Assembly: GCA_963771175.1 (NCBI GenBank)
Contig: CAVYSY010000046.1
Coordinates: 128,001 to 192,000 of the forward strand
Source of the DNA: an uncultured delta proteobacterium
GTDB lineage: Bacteria > Myxococcota > Myxococcia > Myxococcales > Myxococcaceae
Direction: 5' to 3'
Length of the DNA: 64,000 nt
Shown here: positions 41,041 through 50,518 of the stretch, piece after piece
Position numbering within the stretch: the stretch's first letter is position 1
Layout: each line of letters starts with the position of its first letter
Made by a program: the position numbers and the translations under genes
Notes under the pieces: generated by a model
What the model was told of the DNA's origin: nothing
What the model saw: the letters and a program-made list of their open reading frames with translations, nothing else
Database searches by the model: none

Positions 41041-41769
41041 GTGAGCTTCTTCGGCGAGCTGTACCTGCGTTCCACGCTGCCGTTCCTCTCCGAGGAGGTG
41101 ACGGCGAAGGAGGTGGCGTACCTCGCCAGGAACTTCCAGGGGCTCCGGGTGCCCGGCCCGGTGGTGGATCTGGGCTGTGGCCATGGTCGGCACGCGGCGC
41201 GACTCAACGCCGCGGGCCCCCTGGCCGGTCGCGTCCTCGGCCTGGAGCTGGATGCGCTCTCGCTCCAGGAGCGGCTCCCGGGTTTTCCGGCGGTGCGAGC
41301 GGATCTCCGCTCGCTCCCATTCCGCACGGGCTCGCTGGCGGGGGCCTATGCCTGGTACTCGACACTGTTCGTCTTCTCGGACGAGGAGCACGTGGCCGTG
41401 CTGCGGGATGTGGCGCGGTGCCTGAAGCCCGGCGGCTGGCTGGTGCTGCACTCGGTGCCGTACGAGCGACTCGCGTCACAGCCCGAGGCCTCCTTCTCCA
41501 CCCGGTTGCCGGACGGGAGCCTGCTGGAGGAGGAGAGCCGCTTCGACGCGGTGCAGGGTCGGGACGAGGGGTACAGGCGACTGACTCGGCCCGACGGGCG
41601 CGTTCTTTCCGGCCGATATGCCATCCGTTACTATCCCCTTGCGGATTTGATGCAACTGTTGGAATTCACGGGGTTTTCGATGCGCTGGGTGCATGGCGGG
41701 CTGGAGGGGGAACAGCCATCCGGCACCTCAACGGATCTCATCGTGGGAGCTGAGCTGCGACATGGCTGA
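41041..41769 (+). CDS. Class I SAM-dependent methyltransferase
   Basis: [11 protein letters not shown] motif I; LKPGGWL. Confidence 0.9.
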   Translation: MSFFGELYLRSTLPFLSEEVTAKEVAYLARNFQGLRVPGPVVDLGCGHGRHAARLNAAGPLAGRVLGLELDALSLQERLPGFPAVRADLRSLPFRTGSLAGAYAWYSTLFVFSDEEHVAVLRDVARCLKPGGWLVLHSVPYERLASQPEASFSTRLPDGSLLEEESRFDAVQGRDEGYRRLTRPDGRVLSGRYAIRYYPLADLMQLLEFTGFSMRWVHGGLEGEQPSGTSTDLIVGAELRHG

Positions 41770-42166
41770 GAAGAAGCTGCGAATTCTGGTGGCCAAGCCG
41801 GGCCTGGATGGTCACGACCGTGGGGCGAAGATCATCGCCCGGGCCTTGCGCGACGCGGGCATGGAGGTCATCTACACGGGGTTGCACCAGACGCCCGAGA
41901 TGATCGTCAACGCCGCCATCCAGGAGGACGTCGACGCCATCGGCATGTCCATCATGTCGGGAGCGCACATGACGCTCTTCCCGGCGGTGATCGATCTGCT
42001 GAAGAAGAGCAACGCGAACGACATCGCGGTGTTCGGCGGAGGCATCATCCCGGACGACGACATCCCCAAGCTGAAGACCCTGGGGGTGACGGAGATCTTC
42101 ACCCCCGGAAGCTCGACGCAGGACATCGTCCAGTGGATTCGAACCCACATCGCGGCCCGCGCCTGA
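41762..42166 (+). CDS. Cobalamin-binding small subunit of the acyl-CoA mutase
   Basis: [12 protein letters not shown] (DxHxxG), SIMSGAH, GGGIIP, IFTPG. Confidence 0.95.
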   Translation: MAEKKLRILVAKPGLDGHDRGAKIIARALRDAGMEVIYTGLHQTPEMIVNAAIQEDVDAIGMSIMSGAHMTLFPAVIDLLKKSNANDIAVFGGGIIPDDDIPKLKTLGVTEIFTPGSSTQDIVQWIRTHIAARA

Positions 42167-43107
42167 CCGGGCTCGGAAGCCTGCCGGAGCGGGTCGACGT
42201 CTACGAGGTCGGCCCGCGCGACGGCTTGCAGAACGAGCTGCGCACGCTCCCCACGCGCGACAAGGCCCGGCTCATCGAGGCGCTGATCGCGGCGGGGGAG
42301 AAGCGCATCGAAGTGACGTCCTTCGTGTCCCCGAAGTGGATTCCCCAGCTCGCGGACGCGGAGGAATTGCTGCGTCTGGTGGGGCGGCGCGAGGGCGTCA
42401 CCTTCTCCGCGCTGGTGCCCAACCTCAAGGGGCTGGCGCGCGCCAAGGCGGCGGGTCTGGAGGAGGCGGCGATCTTCATCTCCGCGTCCGAGGCCCACTC
42501 GAAGAAGAACATCAACAAGAGCATCGCCGAGGCCGTGGCCGAGGCCCAGCAGACCACCGAGGAGGCCCTGAAGGCGGGGCTGCGGGTGCGCGGCTACCTG
42601 TCCACGGTGTGGGGCTGCCCCTACGAGGGTGAAGTGCCCGTGTCGCGGGTGGTGGAGATCAGCCGGGCCCTCGTGGACGGCGGCATCTACCAGCTCAGCC
42701 TGGGTGACACGATCGGGGTGGGGACTCCGAGGCAGACGGAGGCCATCCTCTCCGCGCTGCTGGAGCACATCCCGGTGGAGAAGCTGGCGCTGCACCTGCA
42801 CGACACGCGTGGCACCGCGCTGGCCAACGCCCTGGTGGGCCTGCAGATGGGTGTGACGACGTTCGACGCCAGCATCGGCGGGCTCGGCGGCTGTCCCTAC
42901 GCTCCGGGCGCCGCGGGCAACCTGGCCACCGAGGACATCGTCTACATGCTCCACGGCATGGGCGTGCAGACGGGGATCAACCTCGACAAGCTCGTCGAGG
43001 CGGGCATGGTCGCGCAGGAGCTCATCGGCCGGAAGCTGGCGGGCAAGTTCCTGCAGGCCGCGCTGGGCGAGCGCGAGAAGAAGGCCAGTCGCCGGCTTCA
43101 GACCTGA
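42133..43107 (+). CDS. Hydroxymethylglutaryl-CoA lyase; start uncertain
   Basis: [56 protein letters not shown]. Confidence 0.95.
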   Translation: MDSNPHRGPRLTGLGSLPERVDVYEVGPRDGLQNELRTLPTRDKARLIEALIAAGEKRIEVTSFVSPKWIPQLADAEELLRLVGRREGVTFSALVPNLKGLARAKAAGLEEAAIFISASEAHSKKNINKSIAEAVAEAQQTTEEALKAGLRVRGYLSTVWGCPYEGEVPVSRVVEISRALVDGGIYQLSLGDTIGVGTPRQTEAILSALLEHIPVEKLALHLHDTRGTALANALVGLQMGVTTFDASIGGLGGCPYAPGAAGNLATEDIVYMLHGMGVQTGINLDKLVEAGMVAQELIGRKLAGKFLQAALGEREKKASRRLQT

Positions 43108-43196
43108 GCGAATTCCTCCAGACGCTTGCGGTTGAGTGTCTGGTGGCGGCTGGCGCGCGGAGGCCAGCCGCCACGGGTGCGCCGGTGGGGCCTGGC

Positions 43197-44123
43197 TCAG
43201 GCCTCGGCTTTGCGCTCGTCCACGCCGCTGCGCAGGACGGGGACTTCCTGATTGGCTGGCGCCAGCATCGCCGCGTCGATGGCCCGCATCTCGTCGGGCT
43301 CGAAGCCGTGGAAGGCCACGGTGCGGTGCGGGCGCAACTGGGAGAGCGCGTACAGCTCATTGTAGGACTCGAGCACGCGCGGGTTCTGCCCCAGTGCCGC
43401 GAAGGCCCGGCCCACCGCGGCCGGGTACTGGCCCTTGGCCTCGCCCACCAGGCTCGCCACCTGCGCGCTCGTCTGCGCGTCCAGGAGCGCCACCTGCTGC
43501 CGGCCCTCCTCCTCCACCTGCGCCTTGGCCCGCTCCAACTGCGCCGAGAGCGTGTCGAACACCTGCTGGGCCACCTCGGGCAGCAGGCTCACGTTGCGGA
43601 TGAGCACCCGCTCCACTTCCAGGCCCCACCGCTCCGTCTCCGACTTGATGTCCTGGCGCACCAATTCGCCCAGCTCGCTGCGGTCGCAGAGGATGTGCTC
43701 GAACTCGCGGTTGCCCAGGATGGACAGCGCCGCGTGGGTGACGAGCGCCCGCAGCGACTTGTCCCAGTCCTCCACCCCGAAGAGGGCGCGTGCCGGGTCG
43801 GCCACCCGGAACTCCAGCCACAGGTCCACGATGACCGTGGTGCCACGCGCGTCGTTGACGTGGATGTTGGTGAAGTCCCGGAAGTCACGCCGCAGGCTGA
43901 CGGGGAAGGTGCGCGCCCACGGCAGCACGCGCTCGGGCAGCCAGTGCCAGCCGGGCTCGTGGAGCGTCTTCTCCAGCTTGCCGAAGCGGGTGACGAGCAT
44001 GGCCTCCTCGTCCTCCACCCGGACCGAGAAGAGGCGCGCCAGGCCGATCAGGAAGGGGAGGGTGCACAGGCCGGCGGCGATACCACCGATGAGATGGAGC
44101 ATTTCGGTCGAGTTCATGATCAC
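43197..44123 (-). CDS. SPFH/band-7 family membrane protein
   Basis: N-terminal TM, RFGKL...EPGWH, ERWGLEVERVLIRNV, coiled-coil tail. Confidence 0.9.
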   Translation of the reverse strand: MIMNSTEMLHLIGGIAAGLCTLPFLIGLARLFSVRVEDEEAMLVTRFGKLEKTLHEPGWHWLPERVLPWARTFPVSLRRDFRDFTNIHVNDARGTTVIVDLWLEFRVADPARALFGVEDWDKSLRALVTHAALSILGNREFEHILCDRSELGELVRQDIKSETERWGLEVERVLIRNVSLLPEVAQQVFDTLSAQLERAKAQVEEEGRQQVALLDAQTSAQVASLVGEAKGQYPAAVGRAFAALGQNPRVLESYNELYALSQLRPHRTVAFHGFEPDEMRAIDAAMLAPANQEVPVLRSGVDERKAEA

Positions 44124-45007
44124 TGCCCCTTGAGGTAGACGGTGCGCGACTCGGACATCACCTCGGCCCGGCGGCGCGACACATAGAGGTTGAGGGTGTT
44201 CTGGCCGTCCAGTTCCGACAGGAAGCCGGCCAGCTTGAGGATCTCCGTCTCGGTGGCCAGGGAGCGCGCTCGGGCGATCTCCACACCGCGCTCGGCGGCG
44301 ACCACGCGCTGCTGGCTCTCCGCCTCGGCGCGCGCGTACGCCGCGTCCGCCTCGTTCTGCGCGGCGATCACCGCGTTGAGCGCGCTCGCCAGCTCGTCCG
44401 GCGGCAGCACGTCAGTCAGGTCCACGCCGACGAACTGCACCCCGTACCTGGCGCCAATCTCCTTATGGCAGAAGTCTTCGATCCGCTCGCTGAGCAGCCG
44501 TCGCTCGCGGCGGATGAGCGCGTAGGAATTGTCGCCAGCGCTCAGCGCCGCCTTGCTCGGGCTGCCCGTCAGGGCGGTGGCGGTGGCGGGGGCGCGGAAG
44601 TTGGCGATCTCGTTGCGCAGCAGGCAGGTGAACAGCCCGGTGATGTGCTCCACCGGCTCCCGCAGCCCGAAGAGGAAGTTGCCGAGGTTCTCCCGTACCG
44701 GGACGTAGCGCAGGGTGCTGTCGAAGCGCAGCACCGTGCCGTCATCGGCCATGGCCGTCTGGCCACCCTTCTCACCGGCCAGCTCGAGGGCCTGCTCCAT
44801 CACGGGAATGTCGTGCACCTTCTCCCAGGGCTTCTTGGTGTGCAGGCCCGGGCCCCAGGTACGCAGTTGCTTCCCGTCCGCCTCCGTTCGCGCCGCGCCG
44901 AAGGCGGTGAGCACCGCCATGTGCCCTTCCTCCACGCGGAAGAAGCAGCGGGACAGCACGTAGGCGCCATAGACCGCCGCGCCAATCAAAATACCCATCA
45001 AGAACAT
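44120..45007 (-). CDS. SPFH/band-7 family membrane protein
   Basis: N-terminal TM, FFRVEEGH.AV..FG, PGLH.K.PW, YGVQFVGVDLTDVLPP, Ala-rich coiled coil; stop overlaps the start of the next SPFH gene. Confidence 0.88.
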   Translation of the reverse strand: MFLMGILIGAAVYGAYVLSRCFFRVEEGHMAVLTAFGAARTEADGKQLRTWGPGLHTKKPWEKVHDIPVMEQALELAGEKGGQTAMADDGTVLRFDSTLRYVPVRENLGNFLFGLREPVEHITGLFTCLLRNEIANFRAPATATALTGSPSKAALSAGDNSYALIRRERRLLSERIEDFCHKEIGARYGVQFVGVDLTDVLPPDELASALNAVIAAQNEADAAYARAEAESQQRVVAAERGVEIARARSLATETEILKLAGFLSELDGQNTLNLYVSRRRAEVMSESRTVYLKGQ

Positions 45008-45049
45008 GTCGTGTGACTCCGTCAAAAGGTTGTTGGGGTGGGGCGGCCG

Positions 45050-47035
45050 TCAGAAACGGTCGTCCCCCGTGCGCCAGTGGGCCCGTCCGGATGTGGTCTC
45101 CTTGCCGGAGTCCAGGCGCGCGCGCGCCGGACCCTTGCCTCCGCCCACCTGGGCGCGGTAGGCGGCCGCCAGCCCGCGGTTGACGTCCACCACGTCCTCG
45201 TTGAACTCGCGGTGGGCCTCGCTCACCGGCGGCAGGCGCTCGGCCTTCTCCGCCGTGTCCACGATGGCGCCGTGGGGGACGAAGCGTCCGTCGGGCACCT
45301 CCACGCCCACCACCACCGCGCCGATGCCGATGTAGCAGTGGTTGCCGACGATGGAGTCATGCACCACCGCATTGAAGCCGACGAAGGTGTCGTCCCCGAC
45401 GTAGCAGGGGCCGTGCACCAGGGCGTCGTGGGCCATGGACACGTTCTTCCCGACGTACACCGCCCACTCCTCGCCCCCCACCAACACCTTGCGCTCCTTG
45501 AGGGCGTGGATGACCACCCCGTCCTGGATGTTGGAGTTGGAGCCGATGTGGAAGGGGGTGCCCTCGTCCGCGCGCACCGAGCTGCCCGCGGCGATGTGCA
45601 CATGGTCTCCGAGCACCACCCGGCCGATGACGGCCGCCTGCGGGTGGACGTAGGACGAGTTGGACATGTGCGGCCTGGCCTGGATGTGCCGCAGCCAGCC
45701 GTGCGATTGGGGGGCGGGCTCCAGGTGGCCGGGGCGGCGCGCCTCGGCGTGCTCGCGAGACAGCACCGCGCGCACTCCCTGCTTCTTCTGCTCCGCCGAG
45801 GGAGCGGTCTCGCTCGGCTGGTGATTCCGCCGGTGCAGCCACGCGCCCACCGCGTGTATCACCATGCCTCCGGCGAGGCCCGCCACCAGATGGCCGCTCA
45901 CCGTGCCGGCCGCGGTGACGAGGAAGGCCATCGCCTCCACCCGCTCCTCCTTCCACAGGTGGCGCAGCGTGCCCACCTCCAGCAGCCGGAGGCCAATCAC
46001 GATCAGCAGGCCCGCCAGCCCCGCCAGGGGCACCTTGGAGATCTGATCCGACAGATAGAGGATGACGAAGAGGAGCGCCCCGGCGTGGACGAGCGCGGAC
46101 AGTCGCGTGCGGCCGCCGCTCTGTACGTTGACGCCCGAGCGCACCACCACGCCGGAGACGGGCATGCCGCCCATCAGACCGACGCCCATGTTGGCCACGC
46201 CCTGGCCCAGCAGCTCCAGGTTGGGCTGGTGGGGCCGTGAGTTGGGGGCCATCCGGTCCACGATGCGCGCCGACAGCAGGGACTCGGCCGCGGCCAGGAT
46301 GGCCAGTGGCAGGCACTTGAGCACCAGCTCCAGCCACCGGCCCTCCATGGCGGGCAGGGACGGGGCGGGCAGGCTGGAGGGCACCTCGCCCACCCGGGCG
46401 ATGTCCCAGCCCAGGTAGCTGGCCAGCGCCGTGACGATGCCCACGCCCACCAATGCCGCGGGGAAGCGCTTGAGGTGACGGGTGGCCACCAGGAGGAAGG
46501 CCACCGCCAGTCCCGAGAGCGCCGCCAGCCAGGACACCTCGTGCAGCCACTGCGGCCGGTGCATCATCTGCGCGAGCTCGGCCACCCGGTAGTCGAAGCC
46601 GAGCAGCTCCGGAATCTGCTGATCGAGCAGCTTGAGGCCCACGCCGGTGGTGAAGCCGGCGAGCACCGACTCGGGCACGTACTCCATCAGCTTGCCGGCG
46701 CGCCCCAGTGCCAGCAGCACCTGGACGCCGCCCACCGCGATGGCCGCGGCGGCCGCGCCCACCACGCCGAACTCGGCCACCAGGACGAGCACCATGGTGG
46801 AGAGCGCGGCGGCCGGCCCCGTCACCTGCAGGGGCGAGCCGCCCATCATCGCCGCCAGGCCACCCCCCACCACGCCGGCGATGAGGCCCGCGGACGGAGG
46901 CAGGCCGCTGGCCACCGCCAGGGCGAGGTTGAGCGGTAGGGCCACCGCCGCCACGGTGATGCCGGCCAGCACGTCCTGCGGCAGCGCGCCCAGGCGCAGC
47001 ACGTCCTTCCAGGCCTCCACCCAGTGGCGCCCCAT
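45050..47035 (-). CDS. SulP/SLC26 anion transporter fused to a gamma-class carbonic anhydrase
   Basis: DVLAGITVAAVALPLNLALA, QVTGPAAA, ELLGQGVAN, RSGVNVQSGGRT; C-terminal hexapeptide repeats with SVRADEG, NIQDGVVIHA, AHDALVHGP. Confidence 0.93.
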   Translation of the reverse strand: MGRHWVEAWKDVLRLGALPQDVLAGITVAAVALPLNLALAVASGLPPSAGLIAGVVGGGLAAMMGGSPLQVTGPAAALSTMVLVLVAEFGVVGAAAAAIAVGGVQVLLALGRAGKLMEYVPESVLAGFTTGVGLKLLDQQIPELLGFDYRVAELAQMMHRPQWLHEVSWLAALSGLAVAFLLVATRHLKRFPAALVGVGIVTALASYLGWDIARVGEVPSSLPAPSLPAMEGRWLELVLKCLPLAILAAAESLLSARIVDRMAPNSRPHQPNLELLGQGVANMGVGLMGGMPVSGVVVRSGVNVQSGGRTRLSALVHAGALLFVILYLSDQISKVPLAGLAGLLIVIGLRLLEVGTLRHLWKEERVEAMAFLVTAAGTVSGHLVAGLAGGMVIHAVGAWLHRRNHQPSETAPSAEQKKQGVRAVLSREHAEARRPGHLEPAPQSHGWLRHIQARPHMSNSSYVHPQAAVIGRVVLGDHVHIAAGSSVRADEGTPFHIGSNSNIQDGVVIHALKERKVLVGGEEWAVYVGKNVSMAHDALVHGPCYVGDDTFVGFNAVVHDSIVGNHCYIGIGAVVVGVEVPDGRFVPHGAIVDTAEKAERLPPVSEAHREFNEDVVDVNRGLAAAYRAQVGGGKGPARARLDSGKETTSGRAHWRTGDDRF

Positions 47036-47387
47036 GGCGCTCAGCTCGGCGGTGTAGCGCGGCTTCGAGGGAGGAGGACGTTGCCGCTCCAGGAGGCGGG
47101 AGAGGGGCCTTGGCGCGGGCAGGCGCCGGGCACGGGTCAGGTTGTTCTTCTCACGAGCTCGTTGCATCGGGCACACACGTGTCCAGAGCGGCATGCACGC
47201 GAGGGCACACGCCGGCGGGCGGGCCCGGGCGAACGAAGGACACACGAGTGCCTTCACGCGCACGGGCGTCTTGAGCGAGCGGATCCAGCGGGCGCGCGAG
47301 AGGGCACGAGGCCATCACGCGCACGCGCGGGTCAGCGCGAGGGTTGGGAAATGAAGAGGGTGAAGCCGTGGCGGGACCGGAGTCCGG

Positions 47388-47717
47388 TCACACGCGCGAT
47401 GGGTCGTCGTCAGCCGAGCCCAGGCGCGACGGCTGCCACACCACGACGACGCGTGGGAGCAGGGTCTGCGCGGGCGGCAGTACCCGTGCGATGGAGCGTG
47501 GTGCACTCCGGGCGCCGCGGGGACGGTGGTAGGGCACGATGCCCCGCCCCTCCGTCAATCGTGGCTCGCTCCGGAAGATGGCGAGCTCCTTGTGGGAGTC
47601 GTGCTCCTCCTCGAACATGCCGACCCGGACCGCAACACTCCAGGCGTATGCGCTCATCGGGCCGAGAAGCCCGACGATCAACAACCGGATGATGAGATCT
47701 TGGAGGAGCCGCTTCAT
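47388..47717 (-). CDS. Possible small exported hypothetical protein upstream of the SulP operon
   Basis: MKRLLQDLIIRLLIVGLLGPMSAYA signal-like N-terminus; no recognisable domain. Confidence 0.35.
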   Translation of the reverse strand: MKRLLQDLIIRLLIVGLLGPMSAYAWSVAVRVGMFEEEHDSHKELAIFRSEPRLTEGRGIVPYHRPRGARSAPRSIARVLPPAQTLLPRVVVVWQPSRLGSADDDPSRV

Positions 47718-47816
47718 CGCTTCGAGAACGCGCCCAGCAACCGCGCCCTTCCTACTAACATTCCCCCAGTGCGGATGTGTAGAGGGCGCGAGAAGGTTCT
47801 GCGGTTCCGTGAAGGC

Positions 47817-48545
47817 CTACATCACTGGAGGGAGCACGTCGGCCAGATCCGTTGCCACGGTGAAGCCGTCGTGGAACACCACGCCCTGGGCCGCGATGGT
47901 CGCGTTCCGGTAGAGGCCCTGCTTCACGTAGACGCCATCGCCCGGGTACATCGTGGCCATGGGCGTGGGCGGAACGACCTGCTGGCCATTGTGGTACAGC
48001 TCGACGAAGCCCACGCTCGGGTCGGAGCTCCACTTCACGTGGACCACGAAGTCGTTCCAGACGCCGCGCTGCAGGGGGGCCGTCCACATGTCCTGCGCCT
48101 GTGCTCCACCCACGCGCATCCGCATCTCCTCGCCGATGACGTAGAACTCCACCGGAGGCGAGCCATTGAGGCCCGTGTGGTGCCACTGGGTGAAGACCTG
48201 CCATGTCTTCTCACTGGGATAACTCTCGTCGAAGAGGGTGCTCCAGGCGTAGTACCGCTCGGCCCCTTCGGCCATCCCGCCCATGAGCGAGTCGTCCACG
48301 TAGACCAGCTCATTGCGGTTGCCGCTGGCCCGGATGGGATTGTCTCCCTGATCCACCTGCACGCGCATGGCATAGGCGCCCTCGCGCACCCGGTCGGCCA
48401 CCACGAGGAGCCGGTTGCTGTTGACCTTCTCCTCCTTGGACCACTGCGAGGCGTTACCCGTCTCGAAATCACCCTTCCACAGCACGCTCGCGCTCGCCAT
48501 CGTGGGGAGCAGCAGGAGGCCGGAGAGTATCCAGGACTTCTTCAA
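47817..48545 (-). CDS. Secreted polysaccharide lyase-like (jelly-roll) protein
   Basis: TTG start after AAAGGAA; signal peptide; WKGDFETG, GNRNE, QVFTQWH, WNDFVVHVKWS..GFVELY.NG, YVKQGLYR. Confidence 0.85.
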   Translation of the reverse strand: MKKSWILSGLLLLPTMASASVLWKGDFETGNASQWSKEEKVNSNRLLVVADRVREGAYAMRVQVDQGDNPIRASGNRNELVYVDDSLMGGMAEGAERYYAWSTLFDESYPSEKTWQVFTQWHHTGLNGSPPVEFYVIGEEMRMRVGGAQAQDMWTAPLQRGVWNDFVVHVKWSSDPSVGFVELYHNGQQVVPPTPMATMYPGDGVYVKQGLYRNATIAAQGVVFHDGFTVATDLADVLPPVM

Positions 48546-48721
48546 ACGGAGGTTCCTTTCGTTCGGGTTGGATGGAGGGGACAACTCGCCGCGCCGGGAG
48601 CTTCCCCGCCTCGATCGTCTGCCCTCCGTCAGCGCCCCCCGCCTGCTTGCTTCCCAATGGAGCGGGCGGGACCGCGAGTATAGTCCCGAGGCCGTCCACG
48701 ACACTTTCCAGAGGCTCACGC

Positions 48722-49123
48722 ATGACCACTCAGGCCAGAGGCGCTTTCGACATCAAAGGGACTCCCCATCCCGCCAACGACATGGCCGAGGGTCTGAACG
48801 TGGGGCGCATGACGTTCCACAAGCGGTTCCACGGCGACCTCGAGGGGACGAGCGTGGTCGAGATGCTCGGCGTGATGGACAAGGCCCTGGGCTCCGGCGC
48901 CTACGTCGCGCTCGAGCGCTTGACCGGGATGCTCGAGGGGCGTGGAGGCAGCTTCCTCATGCAGCACAGCTCGACCATGACGCGCGGCAAGCCCACGCAG
49001 ATCATCACGGTCGTCCCGGACTCGGGCACCGGTGAGCTCGTGGGCCTGGCTGGCGCGATGACGATCGACATCGTCGACGGAAAGCACTTCTACGTCTTCG
49101 ACTACACGCTGAACGGCGCGTAG
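48722..49123 (+). CDS. DUF3224 family protein
   Basis: KRFHGDLEGTS, YVALERLTG.LEGRGGSF, VVPDSGTGELVGLAG. Confidence 0.9.
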   Translation: MTTQARGAFDIKGTPHPANDMAEGLNVGRMTFHKRFHGDLEGTSVVEMLGVMDKALGSGAYVALERLTGMLEGRGGSFLMQHSSTMTRGKPTQIITVVPDSGTGELVGLAGAMTIDIVDGKHFYVFDYTLNGA

Positions 49124-49236
49124 CGCGCATCTGGTGAAGCACCGCGCTCGCCGTCACAGGCCCGTCACACCCCTCCTGGTACGACCCACGCTGCTCGAAC
49201 GAGCAGCTCACTCGCTGTGTCGTGAAGGAGAATCAC

Positions 49237-50328
49237 ATGAACAAGCATCACCTGCCGTGGAAGCTATTCCCCGCGCTGGCGGGCGTGGTCACCGCGATGG
49301 CCTGTGGCCCCATGCCAGAGGACGTGGATCCTTCGCTGGAGAGTGTGGAGCAGGCCGCGATCTGCGAGGACTGCGAGCCCGGCGGAGGAGGAGGCGGCGG
49401 CGGAGGGGGAACGACCACCTCCTGCGGCGATGGCGTCTGCAACCAGAAGGAGACGCACTGCGGTTGCCCGAGTGACTGCGTGGACGACGAGTCGGCGATG
49501 GTGAATGCCTTCGCGCCGATCTTCCGCTTCGATGCCCGCGAGGACAACCTGCCCTCCAGCGTGGAGTGGTACCTGGCTCGAACCACGCTGCGCTTCAACC
49601 ACGACGGGGGTTGCTCGGACGAGTCGGTCCTGTCGCCCTACACCGTCAACACGACGAATCTGCTCCAGCAGTCGCGCGCGACCCGCAGCGGATGGCCGTG
49701 GTGCGGCAATGAATCCACCTACAAGTACAGCAACAGCTATAACGGATCCGACGAGTTCTTCTTCCTGCAGATTCCCAACGACGGGAACGAGCTGAGCACC
49801 CGGAACGGAGACACCTCGGGCTGGTCGTGGCGGACCTATGCGCACGTCCGCCGGGACGGCGGCACCGGCTGGGAGATCCAGTACTGGTTGTTCTTCCCCT
49901 ACAACGGCATGACCCCCGGAGAGCACGAGGGGGACTTCGAGCACGTCACCGTCCGGGTGGCGGCCGACAAGGTGACCCCGATCTCCGTCTACTACGCGGC
50001 CCACGACAGCGAGGGCTCCACGGTGCCGTGGAGCTCGGTGGAGCGGGAGGGGAACCATCCATACGCCTACGTGGCCCACGACTCGCACGCGAGCTACCCG
50101 CATTCGGGCTGGACGGACCGCACCTGGCCGCTGCCCAACGACGAGCACTGGGGAGACGGCCGCGTCTACAACTCCACCAACACCGTCATCCACGTGGGTG
50201 ACAGCGCCTGCAACTTCAACGGCCACACGTGGTTGCGCTTCGGCGGGCGCTGGGGCGAGGTGGGGGAGAACTTCAGCGGGCCATTCAGCCCGACCTACCA
50301 GTCGTACTGGACCACCCTGGGCCAGTAG
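49237..50328 (+). CDS. Lipoprotein with Cys-rich motif and Vps62-like domain
   Basis: AMAC lipobox, Gly run, CGDGVC..ETHCGCPSDC; FAPIFRF, IQYWLFFPYN, HEGDFEHV, YYAAH, SHASY, FGGRWG. Confidence 0.8.
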   Translation: MNKHHLPWKLFPALAGVVTAMACGPMPEDVDPSLESVEQAAICEDCEPGGGGGGGGGGTTTSCGDGVCNQKETHCGCPSDCVDDESAMVNAFAPIFRFDAREDNLPSSVEWYLARTTLRFNHDGGCSDESVLSPYTVNTTNLLQQSRATRSGWPWCGNESTYKYSNSYNGSDEFFFLQIPNDGNELSTRNGDTSGWSWRTYAHVRRDGGTGWEIQYWLFFPYNGMTPGEHEGDFEHVTVRVAADKVTPISVYYAAHDSEGSTVPWSSVEREGNHPYAYVAHDSHASYPHSGWTDRTWPLPNDEHWGDGRVYNSTNTVIHVGDSACNFNGHTWLRFGGRWGEVGENFSGPFSPTYQSYWTTLGQ

Positions 50329-50518
50329 CCGTTACGAGGGTCACCGCCCCCGTCACCTTGAAGGCGGGCGAGGTGCTCGCCGTGCCGTTGGCCACCGTGT
50401 CTCCATCCTCATGGATGGACGACAGGGTGGCCAGAAGGCCGCTGGGGTGACGAGTTCCGCACATGCGCCCATGCACCGCATGGCAAGCCACCAGTGTGCG
50501 CCGTATCAGTAACTCTCT

